DNA of 46,785 nucleotides from Macrostomum lignano (Eukaryota): the NCBI GenBank assembly GCA_002269645.1, contig NIVC01004416.1, forward strand, positions 1 to 46,785, given 5' to 3'. Positions within the stretch are counted from its first letter, which is position 1; each line of letters opens with the position of its first letter. The notes beneath the pieces were generated by a model that saw only the letters and a program-made list of their open reading frames with translations, was not told the origin of the DNA and did no database searches. This document shows, one piece after another, positions 26,568 to 38,590 of the stretch. The translations under genes were made by a program, and so were the position numbers.

Positions 26568-29500
26568 TGTTGTGTTGCGACACAGAAGTCTTATGTTTCC
26601 AGATGCTTGTATGGATATAGAGCAGCTGTGTAGTTATAAGTGCTCTTTAACACTCGTTTATTAGTCGTGTCCATAGACATAAATCAAACACACAGAGAAT
26701 GAGTCTATGAGTCTATCATAACATAACATCTCCCTTCTTCAGAGGGATTCCTATGTGTAAGTAAAATAAATCCTCTTTCCGGAAGTTCTGTTCTACACTG
26801 ACACCTTTTCATTAGTCAATGTGCCTGAAATCGCACGACTGGCTTCACCACACGTCCACTCCGTGTTGTATAGCCATTTGGTGACTGACATTGTTGTGCA
26901 TTAGGTGCTTGTGCTGATGGTTTGCTGCCTATATTTTCCTCCACTGCTTCGTGCTTATCCGGTTGACTTTGAGAAGCTTTCAGTGGTGCGGTAGTTTCCT
27001 TTCCGAATGCGTCTTCAAGGGTTTCTCTTTGTGGAACAGCGATTTCTTCTGCTGCTCCAGTCCGTTGAGTCAAAAACGATTTGTTCCGACGTAGTAGCTT
27101 TCCTTGTTCATCGCGAACTATATAAGAACGGTCATTCACTCTCCTGTGCGCTTCTGCTGGCTGCCATCGTCGTGTTGATTCTTGCATCCAAACTTTTTCT
27201 CCACAACCAAATTCTCTCCTCTCCTTAGATCCACGGTTGTAATATTCTTCGGCCTTGTTCTGCTGGTCCTTTAGCTTCTGCAGTACTTTCCTGGACATGA
27301 CCTGTCTAGGAATTAGATCTGCTTTTGGGATCGGCAAATCATAGCGCAGTTTGTGTCCAAAGACTAGCTCAGCGGGTGATGGCATTCCATGCTCGATAGG
27401 AGTGTTCTTGTAATGCAGCAGTGCCATGTGCTCGCCTTCATTGCTCTTCAGAACCTTCTTTAAAATATTCTTGATCGTTTGAACGCCTCTTTCCGCTAAT
27501 CCGTTGGACTGGCTGTACTTCGGCGATGATGTAGCATGCTTGAAGCCGTACTCTTTCGCGAAACGACCAAATTCTCTTCCCGAGAATGGAGGTCCATTGT
27601 CAGATCTTAAAATCTCGCAAACTCCATAGGTCTGGAAATACTTCTTTAGTTGGGGAATCACAGAGGCAGCTGAAGTATTGTTGATCCTAGCGTATTCGAT
27701 CATCCGACTGTATTTATCAACATATATCAGGAAATTCTTCCCGTCAATATGGAAAATATCCGTGCCACATTCCTGAAATGGGTAGTCCGGTAGGCACTGA
27801 GCCACCATCGGTTCCTTCTGTGGCTTTCTTTGGCTTTCCTGGCAGGCAATGCATGCTGAAGTCATTTCTTGAATATCACATCTAATTCCAGGCCAGTAGA
27901 CGCTCTCTGACGCCTTTAAGCTTGCCTTCACAATTCCAGGGTGTCCAGTATGCAGCTTCTGTAGCACTTCCATTCTCATTGAGTTTGGAACGACTATTCG
28001 GTTCTTCATCCAGATCAGATTGCCATGCGCAGTCAGATCATGTCTGACGTTCCAGAAACAACGAAGCTCAGTCACGAGCTGGCTTCTGTGGTGAGGCCAA
28101 CCAACACCGATGATCTCAGCGAGTTGTTGCAGTGTTGAGTCCTTTGCCGTTTCATTTTCCAGTTTCTGCATCAGTTCTGGGAATCCAACCGACATTCTAA
28201 CACCGAGCACGTGACCTTCGATGTCATCTTCGAGTTGTTTAGAGGCATGTACGTTCTTTAAGAAAGCGCGGCTTAGAGTGTCTGGAATGTGCAAGTCTTT
28301 ACCGGGAACGTATATAATGTGCAGGTCGTACTTCTGAACTAGTAGCATCAGTCTCTGCAATCTTGCTGTAAGAGTTGAAATTGGCTTCCGGAAGATGTTC
28401 TCTAGCGGCTTGTGGTCGCTCTCGACCGTTACCTTGTGTCCCCAGACGTACTGGTGGAATCGCTTGCAGCCAAACACAATAGCCAAAAGTTCCTTTTCGA
28501 TCTGAGCATACTTCCGTTGGGATGGCGTCAGTGATGACGAAGCGTATTCCAGCGGGTGTCCATCTTGCAGGATAGTTGCTCCGAGACCGTGTTGACTAGC
28601 ATCGACTGACAGAGTAAGTGGTGCATTCGGGTTATAGCGAGCTAAGACTGGTGCGTCGCAAAGACTCTGCAAAATTGATTCGTACGCTTTTTCGTGTTCA
28701 TTTGTCCAGTTCCACTGAGCATTCTTCGTCAGCAATGTGCGTAGCGGTGCTGCCTTAGATGACAGATCCGAAATGAATTTGGACAAAAAATTTGCACATC
28801 CTAGAAATCGCATAAGTTGCTGCTTTCTCTCATTGCCGGATAGAGTATCTGGTCGGGGCATATCGCGCATTGCTTTTACTTTGTCTGGGTCGACTTTTAT
28901 TCCGGTGTGCGAAAGTATGTTGCCGAGGAATTTCAACTCCTTCAATCCGACTTTCCGCTTTTTATAATTCAGGCGCAAATTCTTCGCACGGCACATTTCC
29001 ATAAGCTGCTTCACAGCTTCATCGTGTTCTTTAACAGTCTTGCCCCAAACAATGAAGTCGTCAATAAAATTGTTGCAGTTTCTGATCTTGTCCGAGATCT
29101 CCTCCCGAACTCGCTTCTGGTAGACTTCCGATGCGGAACAAATTCCATAGGGCATTCTCAGCCAACGATATCGTCCAAAAGGTGTGTGAAAGCACGTCAT
29201 CAACGAACTTTCATAATCCAATGCAATCTGGTGAAAACTCGCAGTCGCATCAAAAGTTGAGAACAGAGCAGCGTTTCCGATTTCTGCAATAATTTCGTCA
29301 TAAGACGGTATCTGATACTGCTCTCTCAATATGTTGGCATTCAGATGCTGAGGGTCTAGGCAAAGACGTATAGTCTTGTCTGCCTTCCAGACGACGACCA
29401 CATTTGAAACGTACTTCGTGGGCTCATCACACTTGGTGATGAGTCCATCCGAAACCAGGCGATCTAATTCAGCCTTCAAAGGTTGCATTGCTGCAAACGG

Positions 29501-31137
29501 GATTCTTCGAGGGCGATCCGTCCAAGATTCTTTGTCATCGCGCAGGCTGATGTGATAACTCCCAGGTAAGCAACCTGTTCCTTCAAAGACATCGGGATAC
29601 TCTCGAAGAAATCTTTCATCTGTCCACGTGGACTTAAACCCTTCAGGTTGAACAGAAACTCCGAAGTTGAATTTCACCAGGCCTATCTCTTCTGCAGTTT
29701 TCCATCCGATGAGTGGAATGAGCCTCTCTTTAATCACAATAAATTCATTTTCATGCTTGACTCCTTCATATTCCAGTTTCAATTGTACCTTCCCTGCGAC
29801 TGTTAGGCGCGACCTTTTATAGCAAAAGAGTCTGCAAGACGTTGCTTGTATCGACGTGTTTGGTGCAATCCGCCTAAGCAGATGTTCAGGGAGTACATTT
29901 GCGTCCGCTCCTGTGTCGCATTTGCAATTCACCAGCTGACCTTCGATTTTGATACCAACAGTTGTTCTACTGTCTCTGTCGTTGCCACCCGGTCGCAGAG
30001 ATGCTGACATGACCCACGAATCTTGACGATCAGATTCTGAGCTTTCATTTGTATTTCGATCCAAGGCTCTTACGGTCTTATTCCGACAAACGTTGCTGAA
30101 GTGGTTTTTCTTTCCGCAAGATTTGCACGTCTTGCCATATGCAGGGCATGAACCTTTCTTGTGTTTCTTACCACAGAATGAGCAACCCTCCGACTTTCCT
30201 ACCATCGGCTTTCCATTGGACCCACACCTTTTGTTCGGTCGTCTCTCCTTGTACTTGTGATCTGGTCTGCCTGTTGAGCGAGGCTTCACAACAGAATTGA
30301 CTTCTTTCTGGATGTATTTCGAAATCTCTCCGGAGGTGTTTCCCGTCATGATCCGCACTTGGGTCTTTGATGATTCACTTGCACGGCAGATAGATATAGC
30401 CTTATCTAGCGTCAACTCCTGCTCACGTAGAAGCCGTTCTCGCAACTCTGTGTCTCTGATTCCGAGGACAATCTGATCTCTGATTATTGATTCGTTCACC
30501 GTCAATTCGTAGGCTGGCTTCTCGAATGAGCATGTCTTGATAAGTTGTTTCAGGCCGCTGACGAATGAGTCAATGCTCTCATGCTCGTTCTGCCTGCGTT
30601 GCCGAAATTTGTAGCGCTCGAAAGTTTCGTTCGCACTCGGCTTGCAATATTCTTCGAACAGTTTCGTCACTTTCGACAGCTCTTCGTCTCCTTCCGATTT
30701 CTCGAAAGTTGAATAAATCTCACGACCTTCTTCTCCGATGGCTGTTAGCAGTGTCGCTATTTGCACTTTAGCCGGTGATTCGTCACGCTTGGTTGCAGTC
30801 ATATAGAGCTCGAACGCAGAAATCCATTTACTCCAGTTTTCCGCCTTGTGCTCATCAAAGCAGAATGGCTTTGGGGGTTTGAGCCCGCCATCCATTTGAA
30901 TCCAGATCCAGTTGAGCACAGTACTGCGTTTGACAATTCAAATCCAGAGCTCTTCACAAGTGCACCTCTGACACCATGTTGTGTTGCGACACAGAAGTCT
31001 TATGTTTCCAGATGCTTGTATGGATATAGAGCAGCTGTGTAGTTATAAGTGCTCTTTAACACTCGTTTATTAGTCGTGTCCATAGACATAAATCAAACAC
31101 ACAGAGAATGAGTCTATGAGTCTATCATAACATAACA
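26568..31137 (-). mobile_element. Intact Ty3/gypsy LTR retrotransposon (Mag-like), 4570 bp
   Basis: Two 161-bp LTRs (26568-26728, 30977-31137) with TGT...ACA ends, identical by eye. 5-bp TSD CTTTT (26563-26567, 31138-31142). PBS TGGTGTCAGAGGTG abuts the 5' LTR (tRNA-Leu-like). Polypurine tract GAAGAAGGGAGA precedes the 3' LTR. Domain order is PR-RT-RH-INT. Confidence 0.97.
26816..30895 (-). CDS. Gag-Pol polyprotein, single ORF, 1359 aa from ATG 30895
   Basis: Gag with Cys/His knuckles (CSFCGKKH...CPAYGKTCKSCGKKNHF), protease DTG (CKCDTGA), RT (FDATASFHQI, FIDD), RNase H (VDASQHGLG, QIEKELLAI, SDHKPL), integrase HHCC (HTGH...CIAC) and DDE core (GTDIF, SDNGPPF, GLAERGVQ). No stops or frameshifts. 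Confidence 0.96.
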   Translation of the reverse strand: MDGGLKPPKPFCFDEHKAENWSKWISAFELYMTATKRDESPAKVQIATLLTAIGEEGREIYSTFEKSEGDEELSKVTKLFEEYCKPSANETFERYKFRQRRQNEHESIDSFVSGLKQLIKTCSFEKPAYELTVNESIIRDQIVLGIRDTELRERLLREQELTLDKAISICRASESSKTQVRIMTGNTSGEISKYIQKEVNSVVKPRSTGRPDHKYKERRPNKRCGSNGKPMVGKSEGCSFCGKKHKKGSCPAYGKTCKSCGKKNHFSNVCRNKTVRALDRNTNESSESDRQDSWVMSASLRPGGNDRDSRTTVGIKIEGQLVNCKCDTGADANVLPEHLLRRIAPNTSIQATSCRLFCYKRSRLTVAGKVQLKLEYEGVKHENEFIVIKERLIPLIGWKTAEEIGLVKFNFGVSVQPEGFKSTWTDERFLREYPDVFEGTGCLPGSYHISLRDDKESWTDRPRRIPFAAMQPLKAELDRLVSDGLITKCDEPTKYVSNVVVVWKADKTIRLCLDPQHLNANILREQYQIPSYDEIIAEIGNAALFSTFDATASFHQIALDYESSLMTCFHTPFGRYRWLRMPYGICSASEVYQKRVREEISDKIRNCNNFIDDFIVWGKTVKEHDEAVKQLMEMCRAKNLRLNYKKRKVGLKELKFLGNILSHTGIKVDPDKVKAMRDMPRPDTLSGNERKQQLMRFLGCANFLSKFISDLSSKAAPLRTLLTKNAQWNWTNEHEKAYESILQSLCDAPVLARYNPNAPLTLSVDASQHGLGATILQDGHPLEYASSSLTPSQRKYAQIEKELLAIVFGCKRFHQYVWGHKVTVESDHKPLENIFRKPISTLTARLQRLMLLVQKYDLHIIYVPGKDLHIPDTLSRAFLKNVHASKQLEDDIEGHVLGVRMSVGFPELMQKLENETAKDSTLQQLAEIIGVGWPHHRSQLVTELRCFWNVRHDLTAHGNLIWMKNRIVVPNSMRMEVLQKLHTGHPGIVKASLKASESVYWPGIRCDIQEMTSACIACQESQRKPQKEPMVAQCLPDYPFQECGTDIFHIDGKNFLIYVDKYSRMIEYARINNTSAASVIPQLKKYFQTYGVCEILRSDNGPPFSGREFGRFAKEYGFKHATSSPKYSQSNGLAERGVQTIKNILKKVLKSNEGEHMALLHYKNTPIEHGMPSPAELVFGHKLRYDLPIPKADLIPRQVMSRKVLQKLKDQQNKAEEYYNRGSKERREFGCGEKVWMQESTRRWQPAEAHRRVNDRSYIVRDEQGKLLRRNKSFLTQRTGAAEEIAVPQRETLEDAFGKETTAPLKASQSQPDKHEAVEENIGSKPSAQAPNAQQCQSPNGYTTRSGRVVKPVVRFQAH

Positions 31138-31600
31138 CTTTTCATTCTCCATCTGCATCTCTGCCTGAATCTCTCTCTTTTCATTCTCTACCTGCATCTC
31201 TCTCTTCATTCTCTACCTGCATCTCTCTCTTCATTCTCTACCTGCATCTCTCTCTTTTCATTCTCTACCTGCATCTCTCTCTTCATTCTTTACCTGCATC
31301 TCTCTCTTCATTCTCTACCTGCATCTCTCTCTTCATTCTCTACCTGCATCTCTCTCTTCATTCTCTACCTGCATCTCTCTCTTTTCATTCTCCATCTGCA
31401 TCTCTCTTTTCATTCTCCATCTGCATCTCTCTCTTCATTCTCTACCTGCATCTCTCTCTTTTCATTCTCCATCTGCATCTCTCTCTTCATTCTCTACCTG
31501 CATCTCTCCCTTCATTCTCTACCTAGATCTCTCCTGTCATTCTCTATCTGCATTTCTCCCTTCATTATCTACCTGCATCTCTCTCCTTTCATCGCTAACT
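31138..31600. repeat. 23-25 bp minisatellite (CATTCTCTACCTGCATCTCTCTT) in duplicated PRPF38B intron 3, interrupted by the LTR element (also 26521-26567)
   Basis: Removing the element and one TSD restores a normal unit CTGCATCTCTCTCTTTTCATTCTCC. Confidence 0.93.
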
Positions 31601-31945
31601 TAATCACGGATTTCTTCGCTACCTTAACCTAAATCCCTTCTTTCATACATCTCGGCCTATGAAAATTAGCTGCACAGAACCAGCAGGCAATCCGATTCTC
31701 GCGAACCTGTCGCTCATTTTGACAGCCGCTCGTACGGGGCCGTCCTCCTCCCTGCCGCGCTGTCTCTGCAGCTGCGCGGCCCTGTCCTGCAGTTTAGCCC
31801 GGATGTCTTTCTCGATTGGCACCGGGATGCGCGGGAACAGAGTGGAATACCAGTCTAGCTGGGTGAGGAACTGGCGCAGCATCTCACCGATGGTGATGAG
31901 GCAGCCGCCCCCCGCCTTCACGTCCAGCTCCTGTGGATAGGCAGA

Positions 31946-31950
31946 GAGAT

Positions 31951-31988
<38 letters not shown>

Positions 31989-31989
31989 G

Positions 31990-32032
<43 letters not shown>

Positions 32033-32041
32033 GGATAGATT

Positions 32042-32085
<44 letters not shown>

Positions 32086-32180
32086 GGCAGGCAGACAGAC
32101 AGATAGACAGACAGGCAGACAGACAGACAGACAGACAGGCAGACAGACAGACAGACAGACAGACACACACACACACAGAC
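31946..32180. repeat. Compound (GATA)n(GACA)n(CA)n microsatellite; paralogous array at 38455-38734
   Basis: Directly visible in PRPF38B intron 2 of both copies. Confidence 0.96.
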
Positions 32181-32592
32181 AAGTAAGTATGCGTCTGTCT
32201 GCTCAGATGAGTCGAAAGGATAAAACTGCATATAAAAACACGGACAGTTATGCATTACACAAAAGGAATAAGTAAAAACAGCAAACCGGTGCCAGTCAAC
32301 TCACCAACACTCACCTCAGCGTCGTCAAAATAGGGCTCGTACCACTCCCAGAGCTCTTTGGGATCCAAGCAGTAGCGGATGTACATGAATCCCAGAGCGC
32401 GAATGAAAGGCGAGTCCGGATGGTCCAGCAGAGTCTGCAGCTGCTTTCTATTCAGCCGCAGGGTGAACAGCTTGTACAGCAGGCAGTAGGCGGTGCTCAC
32501 CACGCCGCCGGCACCGACGCCTCGAACTTGGAGGCCGCCGCCTCCAAAACTTTAGGGTTTGGCCATTTGGCCTTTGGGTTGTGACATTTCAG

Positions 32593-34049
32593 GCGTACCA
32601 AAACGCAACGGTCAACGACACGCCCCAGAGCTGGCCACAATGGCTCTGGACCTCATACATCACGTGACCCACCTGGAGATTCCTCACCTGCCAGGCCAGC
32701 GCATGACCCTTCGAGCTGGGATGCACAGCGGACCCTGCGTTGCTGGAGTTGTAGGGATTAAGATGCCGCGCTACTGCCTGTTCGGGTCCACAGTGAACAC
32801 GGCCAGTCGCATGGAACAGACTGGGGAAGGTGGGTCTTTCTGGTGCTGCAAATTTCTAGATGTGCGCTCGTGGATTACTAAATTTTAGATTTTTGTATTT
32901 AGATTTCTAGATTTTTAAGATTTCTAGAAGTATATTTCTATTGATGCAAATTTCCAGATGATGTAGATTTTGATTATATAGATTTCTAGATTTAGATATC
33001 TATGATCTACTCGTAGATTTCTAGATTTTGTAGATTTCCAGATGATGTAAACTTTTAGAATTAGTTAATTCCTAGATTTGTAGAATTTCTATATGTACGT
33101 TTTTAGATTTAGGTTTCTAGTTAACTGGGATAACTGGGAAGCTATATACATGTACAAATTAAATATCTGTGATTTTGTATAGAAAATGTGGGTTATTTTT
33201 CAAGATACTGCCAGCGTTTCATGGCGTCTAATGCGTAACTATAGCAACAAGAAGCACCCATTCAACATGTCTAACAGCAAACATAAATCCTCAAAAAAAC
33301 AATTCCAGCCGGAAAGCTGCACATGAGTGAGCAGAGCCGCAACTACCTTATCAACGATACTAAATACAAAATTCAACCGAGAGGAAAGGTTGAGATCGCT
33401 GTGAGCTCCAGTACTATAACTTATTAAATTGCATGTACTGTAGCTTAGGATGTTCAGCTCCACTATATAGATAGTATTTGACTTTCAGTTTTCTCAATCT
33501 AAACTTTGGGATTTATTGAAATATGTACTTTTAAAAGAAAACGTGCCTTAAAAAAGAAATGTTCATTAAAAAGAAGAAGTACGTACTTTTAAACGAGAAT
33601 GTACTTTTAAAGGAAATGTACTATTAAAAGGAAATTTTTTAAAAAGAAAATGTATTTTACTGATCTGTTGCAATCCGCAGCCTGGCAGGGTGGAGTGCAC
33701 CTACTGGCTGACTGAGAAGGAAGGGCTCATTTTGAGTTTCAAATGCTGGCCAAAGTGCATCGAAGATCCAACAGAGTTTCTGGCTGAGCTGGCCGAGGCT
33801 AACAAGGCAAGTCGATTCTGTCGAGCTCAATCTCGTCTGAACTGACCCTGAAGTAGACCTGAGTTTCTTTTAAGCAGACGCTTCGACCGAAGCCGAGCTT
33901 ACCCTGAAGTAGCTCGTATCCCAAATTCTTATTGCACTCCCGAAGTTTCATATTTTTCACTCGCATTTCAGACCCAGACCATTCACCTGATGGGCGGCGA
34001 CCTTGCTGACGATCCTGTACAACAGGAAGAGAACGGCACCAACGTCTGA
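32593..34049 (+). pseudogene. 5'-truncated duplicate of the NIT-GC catalytic exons: 32593-32829, 33309-33400, 33681-33806 (or 33845), 33972-34049
   Basis: Same exons and splice sites as 22613-23959, with the protein sequence unchanged. No upstream exons in this copy. Confidence 0.85.
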
Positions 34050-36110
34050 AGACTTGATAATGAATAATTTGAATACGAGACACTTTCAAGTATATTTGGA
34101 AAGCAAATTTAAGGCTCAGTTTCGCCCACAGATACTAAAATGACTAGTTTGGCCACTCAGGTACATTTATATTTAGTAAAACAGCTTTCTACTTTCAGTT
34201 CAGTAGCAAAGAAGAATACATAAGCTATTTTATAAAAATAAAGGCGGCTGAAATGATTTTGATAAGTTTAGAACCCCAAGCTTTCAGGCGTAAACAGCTT
34301 GCTAATTGGTTCAGCAATAATGTACATTAGCCAGTCCACTGAAATGTACATGGCAGTTCCGAGAAAGGCAATTAAAATTGGGGCGGAGCGGGGGGGGGGT
34401 CAGTGTGGAAAGGCGCGGTTAGAGGGTTTAAGCTGGGGGGATAAGAGCCAATAAATGAGCCTTGGCTTTAAAATACATTAAAATGCTTCAGTTTAGCTCA
34501 CTACTTAACTGAAAGTAGCTTTCACGCAAATGTGCTGAGTGGCCCATCTAGTTATTCTAGATCTTTGGTTTCGCCTGAAAAATGCATTAGCAAGATAAAA
34601 AGTTAATGTTATTTCTACAGTTTAAATTTAATAATGCAATATTTTTGGCAGGGAATTTGAGCCTTCAAAACACATTTCCAAGAATTTTTTGAAGTGAGTG
34701 AGACGAACTTTGTCCGGATTTTTCTGGAAGACAAACTAGATGTAGACATTGTTGTGGAAGTTATTTTAACTCTTTGAGACCATACTGAATAGGAATTCGA
34801 TTTGTTATGGGCCTGTTCGTGTAGGAAACAGATTTTTAGCTTAAAAATTTTAGCCTACCTTCTGCAGTAATTCGTAACTTTAGTAATTTTAGCTGTGCAA
34901 AACTGGTTTTCAATTAGATTTTGAAGTCTAAATATTATCATTATTTTGCAACCCAAGTTTATCGCACTTCACAAGCTTGTTCTGCACTTTACACTTGCTA
35001 ATTAGGCTGCTCAGATCTGCCGCACTACATATATCATACATACTGAACTGACACTAAATATAATATAAATTAGTTTCATAGTGTGCAATACAATTGATAA
35101 AAACACAATGCACACTACCGATATTTTAAGCTTCAAAAGTAACTGTATTTTGCTTGTTTACGTTAATTAATTTTTCCCTAATTTACCCCATGACTTGGTG
35201 AGTACATGTACGTGGCGAATATGGTAGAGTAGAGTAGTTAGCAGATACGGTAGAAAATGGGTAGCAGATGTGGTAGAGTAGAGAAGAAGGTAGCGGATCT
35301 GGTAGAGTAGAGAGTAGGTAGCGGATCTGGTAGAGTAGAGAGTAGGTAGCGGATCTGGTAGAGTAGAGAGTAGGTAGCGGATCTGGTAGAGTAGAGAGTA
35401 GGTAGCGGATCTGGTAGAGTAGAGAGTAGGTAGCGGATCTGGTAGAGTAGAGAGTAGGTAGCGGATCTGGTAGAGTAGAGAGTAGGTAGCGGATCTGGTA
35501 GAGTAGAGAGTAGGTAGCGGATCTGGTAGAGTAGAGAGTAGGTAGCGGAGCTGGTAGAGTGGAGGGCAAGTAGCAGATAATGGTAGAGTACGAGCTAGGG
35601 AGTAGATAGATAGCGATTGCAGTAGATAAGTCTCAGAAGCAGACATGACAAACTAGAAAAGAGATGGATAGCAGAGTCAAGAAGGGTAAAAATTCACAAA
35701 GTCTACAAAATTACCGTAACGGACAATCTCAATTAGTAAATATATAACATGTACTATAAGAACATTATTAAAAGTACAAGCATATATTTATTTGACACCA
35801 CAAAGCTGACTTGTTAAACGTACAAATAACGATGCATGTAAGGTATTGATTAGTTACTAAATATAGTTATGAACTGTATGCGATAGAGAAACTATAAAGT
35901 AGCAGAATTACATATAAATTATTACTGCTTATTACTGGAATATCAGACAGTAAGACGCATACAGAGCCTCACAACAATTATATTTTAAGCACACTGAGAG
36001 CTGCCAAAACTGCACTGAACGATAATTTGTTATTGATGTATCATTTTACTAAGGACAGCCAGAATATTACAACGGGCACGAAAAAATGCTTAAAGTTGTG
36101 CCATTGTAAA

Positions 36111-38458
36111 TCATCTATCCCGCCTGTCACGGTCTTTGTCTCGATGCCGATGATGCTCTTTGTTGCTGCTGTGCTTTCGATGCCTGTCCTCTCTATCCCG
36201 GTCGCGATCCCGGTCTCTGTCCCGGTCCCGATCACGGTCACGGTCCCGATCACGGTCCCGATCACGGTCCCGATCATGGTCACGGCCACGATCACGGTCT
36301 CGGTCCCGATCACGGACACGGTCCCGATCATGGTCACGGTCCCGAACACGGTCTCGATCACGTGCCCGGTCACGGTCTCGAGAATCGCACGACTTGCTGT
36401 GACGCTGCTCGCGGTCCCGATCCCGGGAATGCGATCTAAGACGGGATCTGGATCTCGATCTGCAATATTGGTGATAAACAGGGATTGATTGACCAGTATT
36501 CTCTCCTAACATCTCTCTTCATTCTCTACCTGCATCTCTCTCTTCATTCTCTACCTGCATCTCTCTCTTCATTCTCTACCTGCATCTCTCTATTTTCATT
36601 CTCCATCTGCATCTCTCTCTCTTCATTCTCTACCTGCATCTCTCTTCATTCTCTACCTGCATCTCTCTTCATTCTCTACCTGCATCTCTCTCTTCATTCT
36701 CTACCTGCATCTCTCTCTCTTTTCATTCTCTACCTGCATCTCTCTTCATTCTCTACCTGCATCTCTCTTCATTCTCTACCTGCATCTCTCTTCATTCTCT
36801 ACCTGCATCTCTCTCTTCATTCTCTACCTGCATCTCTCTCTCTTTTCATTCTCTACCTGCATCTCTCTTCATTCTCTACCTGCATCTCTCTTCATTCTCT
36901 ACCTGCATCTCTCTTCATTCTCTACCTGCATCTCTATCTTCATTCTCTACCTGCATCTCTCTATTTTCATTCTCCATCTGCATCTCTCTCTCTTCATTCT
37001 CTACCTGCATCTCTCTTCATTCTCTACCTGCATCTCTCTTCATTCTCTACCTGCATCTCTCTCTTCATTCTCTACCTGCATCTCTCTCTCTTTTCATTCT
37101 CTACCTGCATCTCTCTTCATTCTCTACCTGCATCTCTCTTCATTCTCTACCTGCATCTCTCTTCATTCTCTACCTGCATCTCTCTTCATTCTCTACCTGC
37201 ATCTCTCTATTTTCATTCTCCATCTGCATCTCTCTCTTTTCATTCTCTACCTGCATCTCTCTTCATTCTCTACCTGCATCTCTCTTCATTCTCTACCTGC
37301 ATCTCTCTATTTTCATTCTCCATTTGCATCTCTCTCTTTTCATTCTCTACCTGCATCTCTCTTCATTCTCTACCTGCATCTCTCTTCATTCTCTACCTGC
37401 ATCTCTCTTCATTCTCTACCTGCATCTCTCTTCATTCTCTACCTGCATCTCTCTTCATTCTCTACCTGCATCTCTCTTCATTCTCTACCTGCATCTCTCT
37501 ATTTTCATTCTCCATCTGCATCTCTCTCTTTTCATTCTCTACCTGCATCTCTCTTCATTCTCTACCTGCATCTCTCTTCATTCTCTACCTGCATCTCTCT
37601 ATTTTCATTCTCCATTTGCATCTCTCTCTTTTCATTCTCTACCTGCATCTCTCTTCATTCTCTACCTGCATCTCTCTTCATTCTCTACCTGCATCTCTCT
37701 TCATTCTCTACCTGCATCTCTCTTCATTCTCTACCTGCATCTCTCTTCATTCTCTACCTGCATCTCTCTTCATTCTCTACCTGCATCTCTCTTCATTCTC
37801 TACCTGCATCTCTCTTCATTCTCTACCTGCATCTCTCTCTCTTTTCATTCTCTACCTGCATCTCTCTTCATTCTCTACCTGCATCTCTCTCTCTCTTCAT
37901 TCTCTACCTGCATCTCTCTTCATTCTCTACCTGCATCTCTCTCTTCATTCTCTACCTGCATCTCTCTCTTCATTCTCTACCTGCATCTCTCTCTCTTCAT
38001 TCTCTACCTGCATCTCTCTTCATTCTCTACCTGCATCTCTCTCTCTTCATTCTCTACCTGCATCTCTCTTCATTCTCTACCTGCATCTCTCTCCTTTCAT
38101 CGCTACCTTAATCACGGATTTCTTCGCTACCTTAACCTAAATCCCTTCTTTCGTACACCTCGGCCTATAAAAATTAGCTGCACAGAACCAGCAGGCAATC
38201 CGATTCTCGCGAACCTGTCGCTCATTTTGACAGCCGCTCGTGCGGGGCCGTCCGCCTCCCTGCCGCGCTGTCTCTGCAGCTGCGCGGCTCTGTCCTGCAG
38301 TTTAGCCCGGATGTCTTTCTCGATTGGCACCGGGATGCGCGGGAACAGAGTGGAATACCAGTCTAGCTGGGTGAGGAACTGGCGCAGCATCTCACCGATG
38401 GTGATGAGGCAGCCGCCCCCCGCCTTCACGTCCAGCTCCTGTGGATAGGCAGAGAGAT

Positions 38459-38492
<34 letters not shown>

Positions 38493-38550
38493 GGATAGAT
38501 AGATAGATAGATAGATAGATAGGTAGATAGATAGATAGGTAGATAGATAA

Positions 38551-38590
<40 letters not shown>

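Larger units (their letters stand above)
26132..32542 (-). pseudogene. PRPF38B: 5'-truncated duplicate of PRPF38B: partial exon 2 (32542-32315), exon 3 (31930-31707), exon 4 (26480-26132); LTR element in intron 3
   Basis: Same exons and splice sites as the intact gene, but exon 1, the start codon and the first part of exon 2 are missing at the duplication junction. Expression status is unknown. Confidence 0.85.

Noticed and set aside
32535-32550. New minus-strand acceptor (TTTTGGAG) created at the junction that could rescue the truncated PRPF38B exon 2
   Set aside because: GAG acceptors are weak, and splicing from exon 1 (phase 0) would be out of frame.
32546-32560. TTAGGG near the duplication junction (and AACCCTAAGGGTT at 1949-1961) as telomere healing or fusion
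   Set aside because: Single hexamers; the junction one is already present in the parental intron at 22572.
36027-36488. Plus-strand VPITV-repeat ORF (also 26048-26509) and SRSR ORFs
   Set aside because: Antisense shadows of the RD/RS-coding last exon of PRPF38B.
38127-38214. PRPF38B ending in [11 protein letters not shown]...RLR* as in the ORF track
   Set aside because: A donor CAG/GTTCGC at 38214 joins in phase to the RS/RD exon expected for this family; the extension is intron read-through.
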